Below, one piece after another: positions 1 through 11,239 of a stretch of DNA of 46,173 bases. Both the position numbers and the translations under genes were made by a program. Numbering within the stretch: position 1 is the first letter of the stretch; each line of letters opens with the position of its first letter. The notes beneath the pieces were generated by a model. The model was given only the letters and a program-made list of their open reading frames with translations, made no database searches and was not told where the DNA came from. Source of the stretch: Chara braunii (lineage: Eukaryota > Plantae > Charophyceae); contig BFEA01000001.1 in the NCBI GenBank assembly GCA_003427395.1, positions 11,555,059 through 11,601,231 of the forward strand. The letters are read 5' to 3'.

Positions 1-36
<36 letters not shown>

Positions 37-143
37 CTAACACACACACATACACGACTGTGTCCTCCCCACTTTTCCGTGGTCCCAAGCCGTCTCTTCT
101 CCCCATCTGTCTACATCTGAGCTCCCCCTTCACCCACTCCTTT

Positions 144-203
<60 letters not shown>
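1..203. repeat. (CA)n and (CT)n microsatellites
   Basis: CA run at 1-56 and CT run at ~148-203 are directly visible. Confidence 0.95.
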
Positions 204-206
<3 letters not shown>

Positions 207-1132
207 GCCGCCGACCCCGTCTGCCCAGTCCTGCAAACATACCTCAAGATCGCCTAAGCCGTTACCAATACGTGAAAACCCTTCGCTCAACTGTCCCCTA
301 TGATACGGAATTAAAGTAGCCGCCGCACAAGGTCGGCCAGCAGCAAGACCAGACGCTGATCCGCGGAGTTGGCGCTGCTTTACCCCCGATGGAGGCGAGG
401 ACGGCAAACCGCGAGGGGGGTATAGAAAAGGAAACAGAATCACACGCGCGAGGATGAAGAAGATCACAAGGGAAAACTTGGGAGATCTATCTCAGCGGAA
501 ACCTCCTTCGCTATAGTGCAATACCATACCCATCTATACATCTGATTTCTTGATCTGCGTTCACTCTTCCCCTCCGTCCACCTTCTTTACCGGTCATAAT
601 ACCGCGACACATGGAAAAATTGCAATGACGAGTCAGACACTTTTTTCCCAACGATTGCGCTTGAAAAATTGCATAAGAACGAAGCGCGAAGCAAATCCAT
701 TGGCCACAACGAAGAAACAACGAAGCGCGAAGCAAGTCCATTGGACACAAGGAAAAAGAGCAACAAAAGAAAATGACCCGCCTGGTAGCAAGGAGAGAAC
801 AGCAGAGCCGCTCCGCCCGGCAGAGAGAGGGGTGAGCAGTAGAAAAGACAACGAGAGGGAGCCGCGAGAAAGCTTCCATAACGGATTCGTCGGTTGAAAC
901 AAGGGGAAAAAAAAGAGATCCAGATCTTCACCACAGGTTGTAGCGCGGGTATGAGGGAGGAGGAGAAGGGGCCAGGGAGAATGGGGAGGAGGAGGAGAAT
1001 TCGGGAGGAGGACGATAAGGGGAGAAGAAAGAATTAGACACAAGTGATACGAGCAAAAATAAGTTCGTTGGCGAAGACCTGCTCAAGACCAAGACCCAGA
1101 AGAAGACATTAAAGACATTAACCACGTTGCGC

Positions 1133-1225
1133 CCCCCGAATACAACGTACGGTCATTATACCTATATATCTGGGGCATCTTTCAGTCTAAATACAGCTAT
1201 AATGACCGTACGTTGTATTCGGGGG
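1133..1225. repeat. Perfect 28-bp inverted repeat (hairpin) within the MRF intron
   Basis: CCCCCGAATACAACGTACGGTCATTATA (1133-1160) is the exact reverse complement of 1198-1225; 37-nt spacer with partial further pairing. Confidence 0.9.
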
Positions 1226-1875
1226 AAGATGGTACAGATGATACAGTAATAACATTATAATAGCGCATCTTCAAGAAAAGGAAAAGATCACAGCGCTCAT
1301 TAAACAGTTTCCCGATCTCGCCGACGTGATGCAGGGGGGAGAACAAAGCAAAGGTCTTAACATACCGCCGCCATCCAGAGCACGTAACGAACCCATACAC
1401 ATCCACTTCAGCAATTTCACATTAGACTAAATGCAAGCCCGGCTGTATGGGACGCAAGTTTCAGGCCATAAACAGAGCCATCGGAGAACCTGTGCGCTCT
1501 AATCAAAGAAAGGGATATAGGAATGCCCTGGTTCGGTAGCTGATGCACCAGGAAACGTTTGCCTCCATCTTTCCCATCCCTCACTGCTCGACTACCATCG
1601 ATCCCTTCACCCCGATTAGACCGCCACACCGCCACCCTACCGTCTTCCCCCCAACACAACACAACGCACTCTCATTACGACTGCATCCAACTGGAAAGCT
1701 GGCTTGTATACATTCAGAATCAGCGTGCGTTCTGTTCGGAGGAAGACGGTAGNCTGGCTTGTATACATTCAGAATCAGCGTGCGTTCTGTTCGGAGGAAG
1801 ACGGTAGTAGATCTAATATCGCGCCCAGCAGAGCTGCGGCGTGTCCTAAAGAGCGGTGCTCACTCAACTTATTCC

Positions 1876-1982
1876 CCATTATCAACTTTCCGCCATTATC
1901 AGCTTCCCGCCATTATCAGCTTCCCTCCATTGTCAGCTTCCCGCCATTGTCAGCTTCCCGCCATTGTCAGCTTCCCGCCATT
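1876..1982 (+). repeat. 17-bp minisatellite, about 6 copies
   Basis: Consensus CCATTRTCAGCTTCCCG repeated head to tail without spacers. Confidence 0.9.
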
Positions 1983-3297
1983 TTCACAGACTAACCGAGG
2001 CAGTAGCACATTCTGCGACGACTCAGTACTTTTCGTACATCGGAGAAATACCAGTTGATAAGCCAGGATCATCATGATGTAAATGGCTCAAAAAAAGATA
2101 AGAACATAAACAACCCAATATAAACCGCCGATCCTTTTGGGCACTAGCAGTTCACCGTAGAGATCATTCGGAGCAATAGCAGTTAAACGAAGAAGGGTCA
2201 TTACGGGCAATAATAGCAGTTAAACTGCGTACGAAGATAACAGTCGTAGTCATTAAAGCAGGTATCGACGCGGCAAAACCAACGGTGCCGCAGTCGGCGA
2301 CGTGGGCATTACCGCGGTTGAACCAAACATGATTGGACAAGCGAGATGGTAGTTAACCTACAAGGACGGTGGATGTGTTCCACAACACAACGGCACCCGT
2401 GGCTGACGACCTCTGTGATCAAGTTCGATATTCCCTATCGCACCGCTACGGCACCACGTTTCAAATCATTGTAAAGACACCCTCTACCCACCCATAATTA
2501 TATCAATATGGTTCCAATACTTAGCGATCAGCAAAACACACACACACACACACACACAAAAAAAAAAACAAAAAAAAAAAAAAACAAATGCACCTGGTGA
2601 AAACAGGTAGTGCCAATGGCAATGGCCTCTCCTTGTTCAACACATCAGACATGCTGATAAAGGCTTAGAGAACACTCACGCTCGACTCAGCAACAATGTA
2701 CCTGACAGCAATAGCGGTCACATTAGGTCAACAACGGTCTCCTGCGAATATACTACAGTAAAGGAGTCGCATTTTAAACACACACACACACACACAAACA
2801 CAGGCGCACGCAAGCACTCGCACAGATCAATGTGCAAGAAAACGCAGACGTCCGACATCAGCCTTCTACATGGGATAGACATAGACACCCACCCGAAGCT
2901 CTGCAAACCGATAAGAGGAAAAAGGTTAACTTGATATGGTAATCCTGCTCCTCCCAGAGGCACAGAGCGAGGAAGAGGAAGGCAAGGAGGCGAGGACGGA
3001 AGGAGGGGAGGAGGGGAGGAGGGGAGGAGGGCAGGAGGGGAGGAGAATCTGGTTGCTGCATGACTCTCGAACAAGACAGCAGGATATCACAAGCCGTTCC
3101 TCCACTCTCATTGGCAGAACGGATCTGGGCAGTACGACGAAGCAGGGGTACGGAAAGGAAACGAAGCGGAAGTACAGCCAAAAGAAAGAGAGAGAAAGAG
3201 AGTACGAGAGAGAGGAGAAAGAAGGGTAGGTCCGAAGGAGAAAGAAAAAGAAAAAGAAGACAGTGAGTCGACAGCAGGGCTGATGGAAAACGCTGAC

Positions 3298-3541
3298 CTC
3301 TCCTAGGACGTCCGCTTCTTCCCGTGTGTGACCTGCGCTCGTGCCTCGGCGCGACCTGCGGATGATTTCTTGTGGCGTGATCACCCCTTCTTCTCCCGCG
3401 AGGACCGCCGCCTCCGCCTGATCCTCCCCCCGGTAGCGCACCCACGGGCCCAACATCCTTCGCATTGCCCGCGGTAAGAGCCGCCTGATCAAGAATCTCT
3501 CTCTGCTCTACCGTCAGAAACCCTGCATCCGCTTCCGCCAT
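3298..3541 (-). CDS. MRF1: First coding exon of an MA3-domain translation regulatory factor (MRF/ECIP1 family, plant PDCD4 homologue); remaining exons lie left of the window
   Basis: MAEADAGFLTVEQREILDQAA...RHERRSHTGRSGRPRR resembles the plant MRF N-terminus (GFLTxxQRE...HxRRSHxG...KK). ATG at 3541; exon ends in phase 1 at AGA G|GTCAGC, just before the expected GGxGGKGxWG motif, which is absent from this window. Paralogue assignment is uncertain. Confidence 0.85.
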
Positions 3542-3597
3542 ACTCGTCGTTCGTTGCCCTCTGTCCTCGCCACCCTCCCCCTTCCGCCTCGTTTCCA

Positions 3598-3790
3598 CCC
3601 TTTACCCCCAAATCCAAGCACCTCCCCCTCCTTTACCCCCAAATCGAAGCACCTCCCTCTCTCTGCCTCTCCTGCCGCCACCTCGCTGTGTTGATAAACA
3701 CACCGACACGCGCGCCTGATCTAATCGATCGATCAATGATCAATCAGTCAATCGATCAATCGATCAATCAAGCAATCAAGCAATCCAGCT
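3598..3790. repeat. Short tandem duplication plus degenerate (ATCA/ATCG)n tract in the putative 5'UTR/promoter
   Basis: CCTTTACCCCCAAATCSAAGCACCTCCC twice (~3599-3658); ATCGATCAATCA repeats at ~3718-3786. Confidence 0.75.
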
Positions 3791-4794
3791 CAGCCGACTT
3801 CAATGCGCGTCGACGAAGGCGGCAGGCACTAAAGTCTGCTGCTGTCCCTCCTAGCCTCTTCACCTTTCCGTTGCAATCCTTCTCCTATCCTTCCCGCCTT
3901 TCATCCCACACGGTGAAATGGACAGCTAAGAACATACTCACACTTGTACTTTTCGCTGGCTACAATCTGGACGTATTTGCGGTCACATACGCTCGGCGAA
4001 GTTCTAGTGTGAGCATGCCCTAAAGACGCACACAAAACAAGCCAACTCCCTCCTCATAGACACTCCAGAGGACAGCGACGTCGCCGCGGCTCGTTTGCAG
4101 GAGGTCCCGGTCAAAAGCGGCCGCCAACTCCCCTCCGTCCCCTCTCTCCCTTCGCCAACCACTCCTCTTCCCCCCGCCCCTTTCCCCCGCCACCTTCCGC
4201 CCGGCCGCACAACCGACCTGATCCTCTCTCGCCACAACAGCTGCGTCGCAGATGCGCGCCAAGCAACTGCTGAGGTTATGCAGAAGAGTGCATTCGCTTA
4301 ACTACACTCCACACGGCAGCACACATCAGCAACGAGCCGACGCCCGCAGGGACTACTACACCACATCCGCACCGGCGACCTTGAAAGAAAGGCTCCCCAG
4401 CACTATGGCCTAGTAAGGTGGGACATCTCGCCAGGATCCACAGAAATGCTACCTCCGTGCTGAGTTAGCACGAACCTGATCGCCCTGCCGCCCAGGTTCG
4501 CGCGCTACCTAAAGTAGCACGCACCGCCGGAAGGGCTACCGGTAGGACCCGAGGAGTGGAAATTACCGACGCCGGCTACCTCGTGAAGATCGGACCTCAT
4601 CATCATCCAGAGATGAATGATTTCAATCGTCCGATCGAAAACGTCAGATCTCGATTGCAAACACACAACGCTACAACAATGCTACAGTGCCTCCGGCTCT
4701 TGGGCGTTACTTGCGCGCATGCACTTCTCCACATGTGCTGCTCCGATAAAATCCGGAAAAGGACGGTGTTGTCTACTATCTCGCGCCGAATATG

Positions 4795-4855
<61 letters not shown>

Positions 4856-6644
4856 NTTAATGTCATTTTCCCCAAGTCCGCCGTCAAATCAATACACGGT
4901 TTTTTTAATGAAAAAAAAGAAAAAAATCAATACACGGGAAGTGGACCTCAGCATCGCCCTCAGCAGTGCGAAAGGCGAGGTGGCGGGATAGAGTGCAGCT
5001 TTTCGCATTTCCAAAAAGCGGGGGGGGAATCCCGCGTCTTCACACGACAACGCCTACACGGTGGAATCGCAGATGTTGTGCTGGTCGTTCTGGTCCTTGG
5101 CCTACTACCCTTAGCAAATTTGTGCACTGTCGGTCTCCTTCTACTAAGGACATATATACTCACACGAGGACTTTTTCTACGAAGCTCTGGACGTTATTCC
5201 GGACAGATTCATCCCGGTCTGCTCGTAATTGCGTTCACAGACATTTAGAAAAGTACTAGGAGGTAGTGTGAGTACGCCCTAACTACTCTCGAAACGCGAA
5301 AAAACGAGGGTGTTCACCTACAGCCAGATCAGCTGACTACCAAAATACCACACTGGGGGAAAAAAAAATAAAAAAAATAAAAAACATTCTACACTATGTT
5401 CCTGCCCGTCTTGGGCTGACTAAATTCTGCAGGATGTTCCTCCCGGGGTCTTGACACGTGGGCTGGCTAAAAATTATTCTTTTCCTTTTTATTTTATTTT
5501 TTTCCTTTTCCTTGGCTGGCTACATTCTGCACTACGTTCCTGCCTGGTCTTGCTAAATTCTGATTTTCTGATTTTTTTTATGGTCTCGAACGCCAGACCA
5601 CTCGACGGAGTCGAGCGGTCCGTCAAGTCGCCTGCTTCTGCTCTCCGGGCCCCTACCGGTAGCAATAGCCTCTCGCAAAAGGGTGCGGATGAGGCGACGC
5701 CGGACAGTGAGGCAACAATTGAACAAGCGAGTGCCGTCTGGAATCCCCATGTCAGACGGTACTCGTACAGTGTGGACACACCCCAGCCAGCACGGGCTTG
5801 CACGGTGCAGACGGCCAAATACACGATCTGTATTGTGATCATGCACATGTCCTGGAACATTCTGACAGGGCCGCTGCAGGAAATTCTCAAACTCACACAA
5901 TTGGTTCAGCACTTATCCCTCCAAAGATGGCCCCACCGAACTCCAAATGAAGCACCCGATCCTGTCCGGGGGCAAGGTCCCATTTGCGCAAATTAGGAGA
6001 TTTCGGCCGTTGATCTTTGCTATCTACGGTCAGTATCTCTTAATTGGTGCAAGTGGGACCTAGCCCCGGATGTTCACAGCCTGCTAGCCTGCTCTTGGCA
6101 GCCCTAAGACTGCGTTTTGGTGCCGTGTGTGTACCCAAGGTTGGCATTTTTGTTGTGCGGCAACAGGCGAGAATTGTCTACGAATTCCCAGCTTGGCCCA
6201 ATGAGCCAAAACAATGGGGACCTACAGGTAGCAGTGGGGAGGAAAAAATGCAATTCTTTAACTGCCACCGTTTATTTATTTATTTATTATTCTTTTTTTC
6301 TTCACAAAACAGGTCTCATATATTCCAAAATAATTTGAGGCCGGGGACCTCACATCCTTCCCGGAAGAAACTATACTAAGAGCTTTACTCAGCTTCGCTT
6401 ACGAGTTGGTACCAACGCCTCATTCGGGGGGCAGCTCGTCAACAAGCTCCTACTCGAACACTTACCAAAACTAAACTAACTGTCATCTAATTCACTCTAC
6501 CACCCTCCTCCCCTATTGGCCTACTGCGGCTCTTGGCCGAACCGAGTGCACTGGTTCTTAAAACAAAAGTGCCAACTTGGCCATAAACACCGCACAAACC
6601 GAAAACACCACAGAGACACCTAAACTATCCTACCCTTAAAGTTC

Positions 6645-9600
6645 CTAACCTGCTCTGTCCCACCAACTTGAAAACGACAATGAGCCATCCGTAGATACAC
6701 TCAACACCCTTTCCTTCTGGCACCAGGTACTTGTGAACCAGCGCGACCCTTCCAAACTTCTGTCGTACTTAGCTTTTCTACGCCAGTCCGCACGGATCAC
6801 ATCCTTCAGGAGGTCCTTGAATAGACTCTCCGCATGTACTTCCTGCAGGCCGTGCCCTTTGAACCGTAGTTCATTACGATCGGTCCATATGACCCATAGC
6901 ATGACAGCTCTGCAAACCTGGGCCACATAACCCCAACCCCTCTCCGCAAATAGGCCTTCAGGAAGGCCGCCTAGGAGAACCCATCTTTCTCCAGTGAAAT
7001 CATCCCTCCCGGACCAAAACTTCCAGTGTGCGAACCACCAATCCCACCACTTACGCGACTTTGGGCATGCCCACCATAGATGGTGTAGTGTCTCAAACAT
7101 CCACAAACACCGGTCGCAGGCCTCTTCCACGTTCATACCTCTGTTTTTCAGCCATCTGGCGACTCGGATTGCTTGATGTGACTGGAGCCACAATAGGGAT
7201 GAGAGCTTCTAGGAAGGCAGCTTCTCTAGCTGTTTCCACAGTGTCAGCAGCTCCCTTTCTGAAGGAGGGTTTAAATGGGGGAAGGTCCTTGCCCATTTGC
7301 CGGAGACTTCTTTATGGATCTCCTCTTCTCTCTTGGTTTTCTTCCTCCGCCTCCCACCTTTTTTATTATCGAGACCCCAGTTGACGCCCTCCTCTGTTTA
7401 CCATCCCCATGCCTGTAGATCTAGCCTTTGGTCAGTACGAGGCGTTCCTCCTGCCATTAGCTTGTCTGATACTGGTTCTAGAGACTCTTGTGCAGCCATT
7501 CTTGCAACTCGGATTTCCAGAAGGTTTGTTATCCCGTAATTAACTACCGTAGATACCTCTTTCAGTTCTGGAAGACCCGCCACCACTCTTGTGTGAGCTG
7601 ATAGCTTACACTTCCCTAGGACTGTGGAATCCCACTCATCCAGCCTCAGGAATTCTTCATGCGGCACATGTCTTTTTCTGAACCAGGTCCCCAATGCTGG
7701 AACCTGTTCCGGGCTCAAGAGATGAACCCAATCCTCCGGCACAGCGCCCTTGATTTCGTTCAGGCGCTCCTCCTAATGAGGGAGTCTTCCTAGCTTCACC
7801 TTGATCACCTTTGCGCTTCTCCACTGGTCGCTATTCTCGACCCAGATGTCCCGTAGTGTGGACACACCTCGCTGTATCCACTTCATCCCATGAGAGTCTG
7901 GTTGTGTGCACTGAATGGCATTCCGGCTGCATTACACAGCTTCGAATTCTCGAACAGGTGCTGACCTAATATGTCTTCCTTTGACTTAGGGTCCATTCTC
8001 TGATCCGGTCTACAACTCTTCCAAGCACTGATGATATCCTGCCAAAATTTAGACTTGATTCGTTTATAGAGGAAGGACTGTATCATGATTGCCACCTAGA
8101 CATCTGAAGGTCTCGATAAGGCCCACTGTTCGCATATAATTTCCTCCGCCAGCCTCAACTACTTTGATCACCCATGTGGACAGTAACTTCAAGTTTTAGG
8201 CGTCAGGATCTAGGAGGGCCAAGCCTCCTTTTTCATAAGGGGCGCACAGAGTCTCCCACGCCACTTTCGAAATATATCCTTCATCTTTATTTGCATTGGG
8301 TTGCCAAATAAATCTCTTGGCTGCATACTTCACCTTCTTCAGCAAAGGCTTTGCAAGCCACCTAACCTTCGCCACGTACCACAAGATAGAGAAGGCTGCC
8401 ACTGTAACTGCAAGGACTCTTCCAATCAAAGACAAATGAGGGGTCTGGCCCCAACTCTGAATCCGTCCTTTCACTTTTTCTTGCAGGATAATTGACTATG
8501 ATTCAGAGCAGTCCCCAAGTGTCAGCTGGACCCCGAGATAGCGTTCAACATCACCTTCCGGTACCCGCTTCATCCCCCAGTTCACGGACAATTGAAAGTC
8601 TGTCGGTAAGTAGTAAATAAATTTATTCCAATTTACTGTAGCCTCCGACAGCTCCCCGCACTTCTGCAAACATTGCTTCAGGGCGGTCAGAGAGTCTGGA
8701 GTATTCACTGACAGAGTTAGTAGGTCGTCCGCCAGAGCCTTAACTCTGCAGTATGTTCCACTGCGAAGCTTCAGCCCTGCTAGCACAGGATGTCTCCGGA
8801 TATCGTTCAACAGTACTTCGAGTTGGAGGACGAAAAGCAGGGGGGCTAGCGGACAACCCTATCTCAAGGACCTCGTCAGACTGAAGGACTCTGAGTGGTG
8901 CCCGTTCACTTGTACAGATGTTGTTCCAAATAAATACATATCTGTGACTCCATTGCAAAAACCCTCTCCAACATTTATAGCCCTCAACGTTGTAAGAACA
9001 AATGGCCAGTTCACCCGGGCGTATGCTTTCTCGAGGTTTAGCATCAGTACGGCCACATCTGCATATTGGTCTTCTATTACCTCCAAGGCCTTAATCGCCG
9101 TGGCCAAGTTCTCAAAGATAGAACGTCCCTTTACAAAGGCCCCTTGATCCATGCCCACTAGTCCCGGCATGAACTTCCTTAATCTGTTCGCCAAAGTCTT
9201 GGCGAGCAGTTTATAAGAGAAGTTCATGTGTGAAATTGGGCGTCAATTTTTTATTTCACTGCGGCTGGCCTTTTTGTACAGAAACGTAATGATGTTCCTT
9301 GTCATCGATTCACCTAACCTTCCACCTTGCAAAACTTTGTTGAACATGCTCTCACCAGGTCCCTTACTAGCACCTCCCAACAGGCTGTGAAGAACTCAAT
9401 TGGGAGACCGTCGTCTCCCAGCGCTTTTCCGGAAGCTACCGTCTTCAGGGTCCACGTCAGCTCCTCTGCTGATATAGGTTTGTCCAGTTCCCCCTTTGCT
9501 TGTTCTTATAGTGTTACTCCCAAGGATCTCCAAAGTTTTGAGTGGGATGACAAATCTGAGACTGGGTCCTCATAGTGCGAACGTGATGTCATGATGTCCC

Positions 9601-11239
9601 TAAAATATGCAACTGCATACTTGCACATTTCTTGATTTTCCGTAGCCGGTGGGAGGCCATTCAGATGGGGGTGGCACAGTTCTTTCATCGAAACCGCTCT
9701 CCTTCGGGGCAGCAACTTCTGAAATGTTTCTTTTGTTACACAGTCCCCTGTCACAATCTTTTTTCTTCTTCAAAACATGTTCCCACCTGTTGTGCTTTTT
9801 GACTTGAAGGTCCGCGCACTTTCGTAGGCACTCGATTCTCTTCTCCGCCCAGGCTAACTCTGAAATTGGGTGGGTGGCAATCCTCGCCTCTACCTCATCT
9901 AGAGCTTTTCTGCAGTCAGCTTCTTCCTTGTTCCTCAGGTAAGCTGCTATCACCGAAAAGGACTGCATTCTACTTGAAATTACTCTGAGACCCACGTCCA
10001 CCCAGTCTGCCTATGATTCGAACTCTCCCTTCGCTCCTTCCGAATCAGACCAAGTGTTTGAATCCAGTTTTTGATCCCTTGGTCCTCGAGCAGCAAGGTA
10101 TTCAATCTGAAACAACCAGACCCTCTTGAGCTCACTTCGCCTGATTGAATCTCCATCCTTATAGGTTTATGGTCCTACAGGGAAGCACCCTGTTCACCCA
10201 CAGTTTGCACATTGGCTACTACTGCTCTAGAAACTAGGAAATAGTCAAGTCTTCTTCTGACATGAGTCGTTTGTGGAACCGTACCAAACCAGGTGTAACC
10301 TGACTCCGTCAGATGCATTTCTCTGAAGACATTGTGCAGGAACAGCCATTTCGTCAAAACGGACATATTATATTTTTTGAACGAAATCAAAATTGTTTTT
10401 TTTTGCCAAAATCCGGTCAGGATTTTTTGCTCCTGGGCGTCCGGCGTTCCCAAAACGCCAGACCCCCTACATGTATCTGGTCTATGGTTGAGACCAGATA
10501 CCAAAAAAAAAAAAAAAAAAAAAAATTTTTTTTTTTTTTATCTGGTCTCAACCATAGACCAGATACATGTAAGGGGGTCCGGCGTTTTGGGAACGCCGGA
10601 CCCCCAGGAGCAAAAAATTCCGACCGGATTTTGGCAAAAAAAATCAGTTTTTATTTCGTTCAAAAAATATAACATGTTCGTTTTGACGAAATGGTTGTTC
10701 AGGCCCCATTTCTCCATCCAAAGCAGTAGCGTCCGTCTGTCTCTTTTCAATGTTTTCATCTCTTCTGGTTTCTCTGAGTCGAGTCATGGGCTCCTCACCA
10801 TATTCCCATCGCCGCCGATGATGACGTGTTCTGTCTTGGGCAGCTTATATGACAGTAGTTCGATAAACTCAATTGTTGCAAGCGGATCATTTTGTGCGTA
10901 AACCGATCCAAACACCCAATCCTCCGACCCTACACTCAGTTTGATCCATGACCAACGGCCCCACATATCGTTGTCACAATCGATCATTCTCGCCTCTAAT
11001 CTGTTATGAATCAAAATAGTGACGCCCCCTTTGCTTCCCTTGGTTGGAGACTACAGTTGCGGTCCCTGCCACCAGTCTCCCAACTGCCCCAGCTTCTGCT
11101 TCGATAATTTAGTCTCTTGGATTAACATAATATCTACACTCTTCTCATGGATCCATGTTTTCAATCGCCTGTCTTTCTGCCTGCCATTTGAATCCCCTAA
11201 CCCCTGCATATTCCACGATACAACCCTAACTCTGCCCAT
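6645..11239 (-). pseudogene. LINE ORF2: APE endonuclease, reverse transcriptase and zf-RVT; multiple stops/frameshifts and a MITE insertion
   Basis: VSWNMQGL...IMLIQET, GDGN, GYTW...RRLDYFLVS (endonuclease); GDDGLPIEF, YKLLAKTLANRL, DQGAFVKGRSI, LEKAYARVNW, GCPLAPLLF, LADD, RYLG, KGGLAL (RT); CDRC...ETLHHLWWAC (zf-RVT). Confidence 0.95.
10341..10699. mobile_element. Fully palindromic foldback MITE (~360 bp) inserted into the LINE endonuclease domain
   Basis: ~160-bp inverted arms around an A-tract/T-tract centre; CAGG duplicated at 10337-10340 and 10700-10703. Removing the element and one duplicate restores MEKWGL|HNVFREMH in frame. Confidence 0.92.

Larger units (their letters stand above)
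1..3297 (-). other. First intron of the MRF-like gene (>3.2 kb, runs off the window)
   Basis: GT donor at 3297-3296 followed by pyrimidine-rich and repeat-rich sequence; no second exon recognised. Confidence 0.7.

Noticed and set aside
1699-1807. Exact 54-bp direct repeat
   Set aside because: The copies are separated by a single N, typical of an unmerged contig overlap.
1876-1982. CRISPR-like array
   Set aside because: Repeats are contiguous with no unique spacers, there are no cas genes, and the context is eukaryotic.
2858-3598. 246-aa ORF as a full protein
   Set aside because: Only 3298-3541 looks coding; the rest reads through a splice donor into low-complexity intron.
4556-5248. Poly-Phe/poly-Lys ORFs
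   Set aside because: Produced by a T homopolymer next to an N.
4005-5899. LTR pair starting TAGTGTGAG..GCCCTAA at 4005 and 5264
   Set aside because: Similarity lasts only ~19 bp, with no TSD or internal retroelement motifs; may be unrelated solo-LTR remnants.
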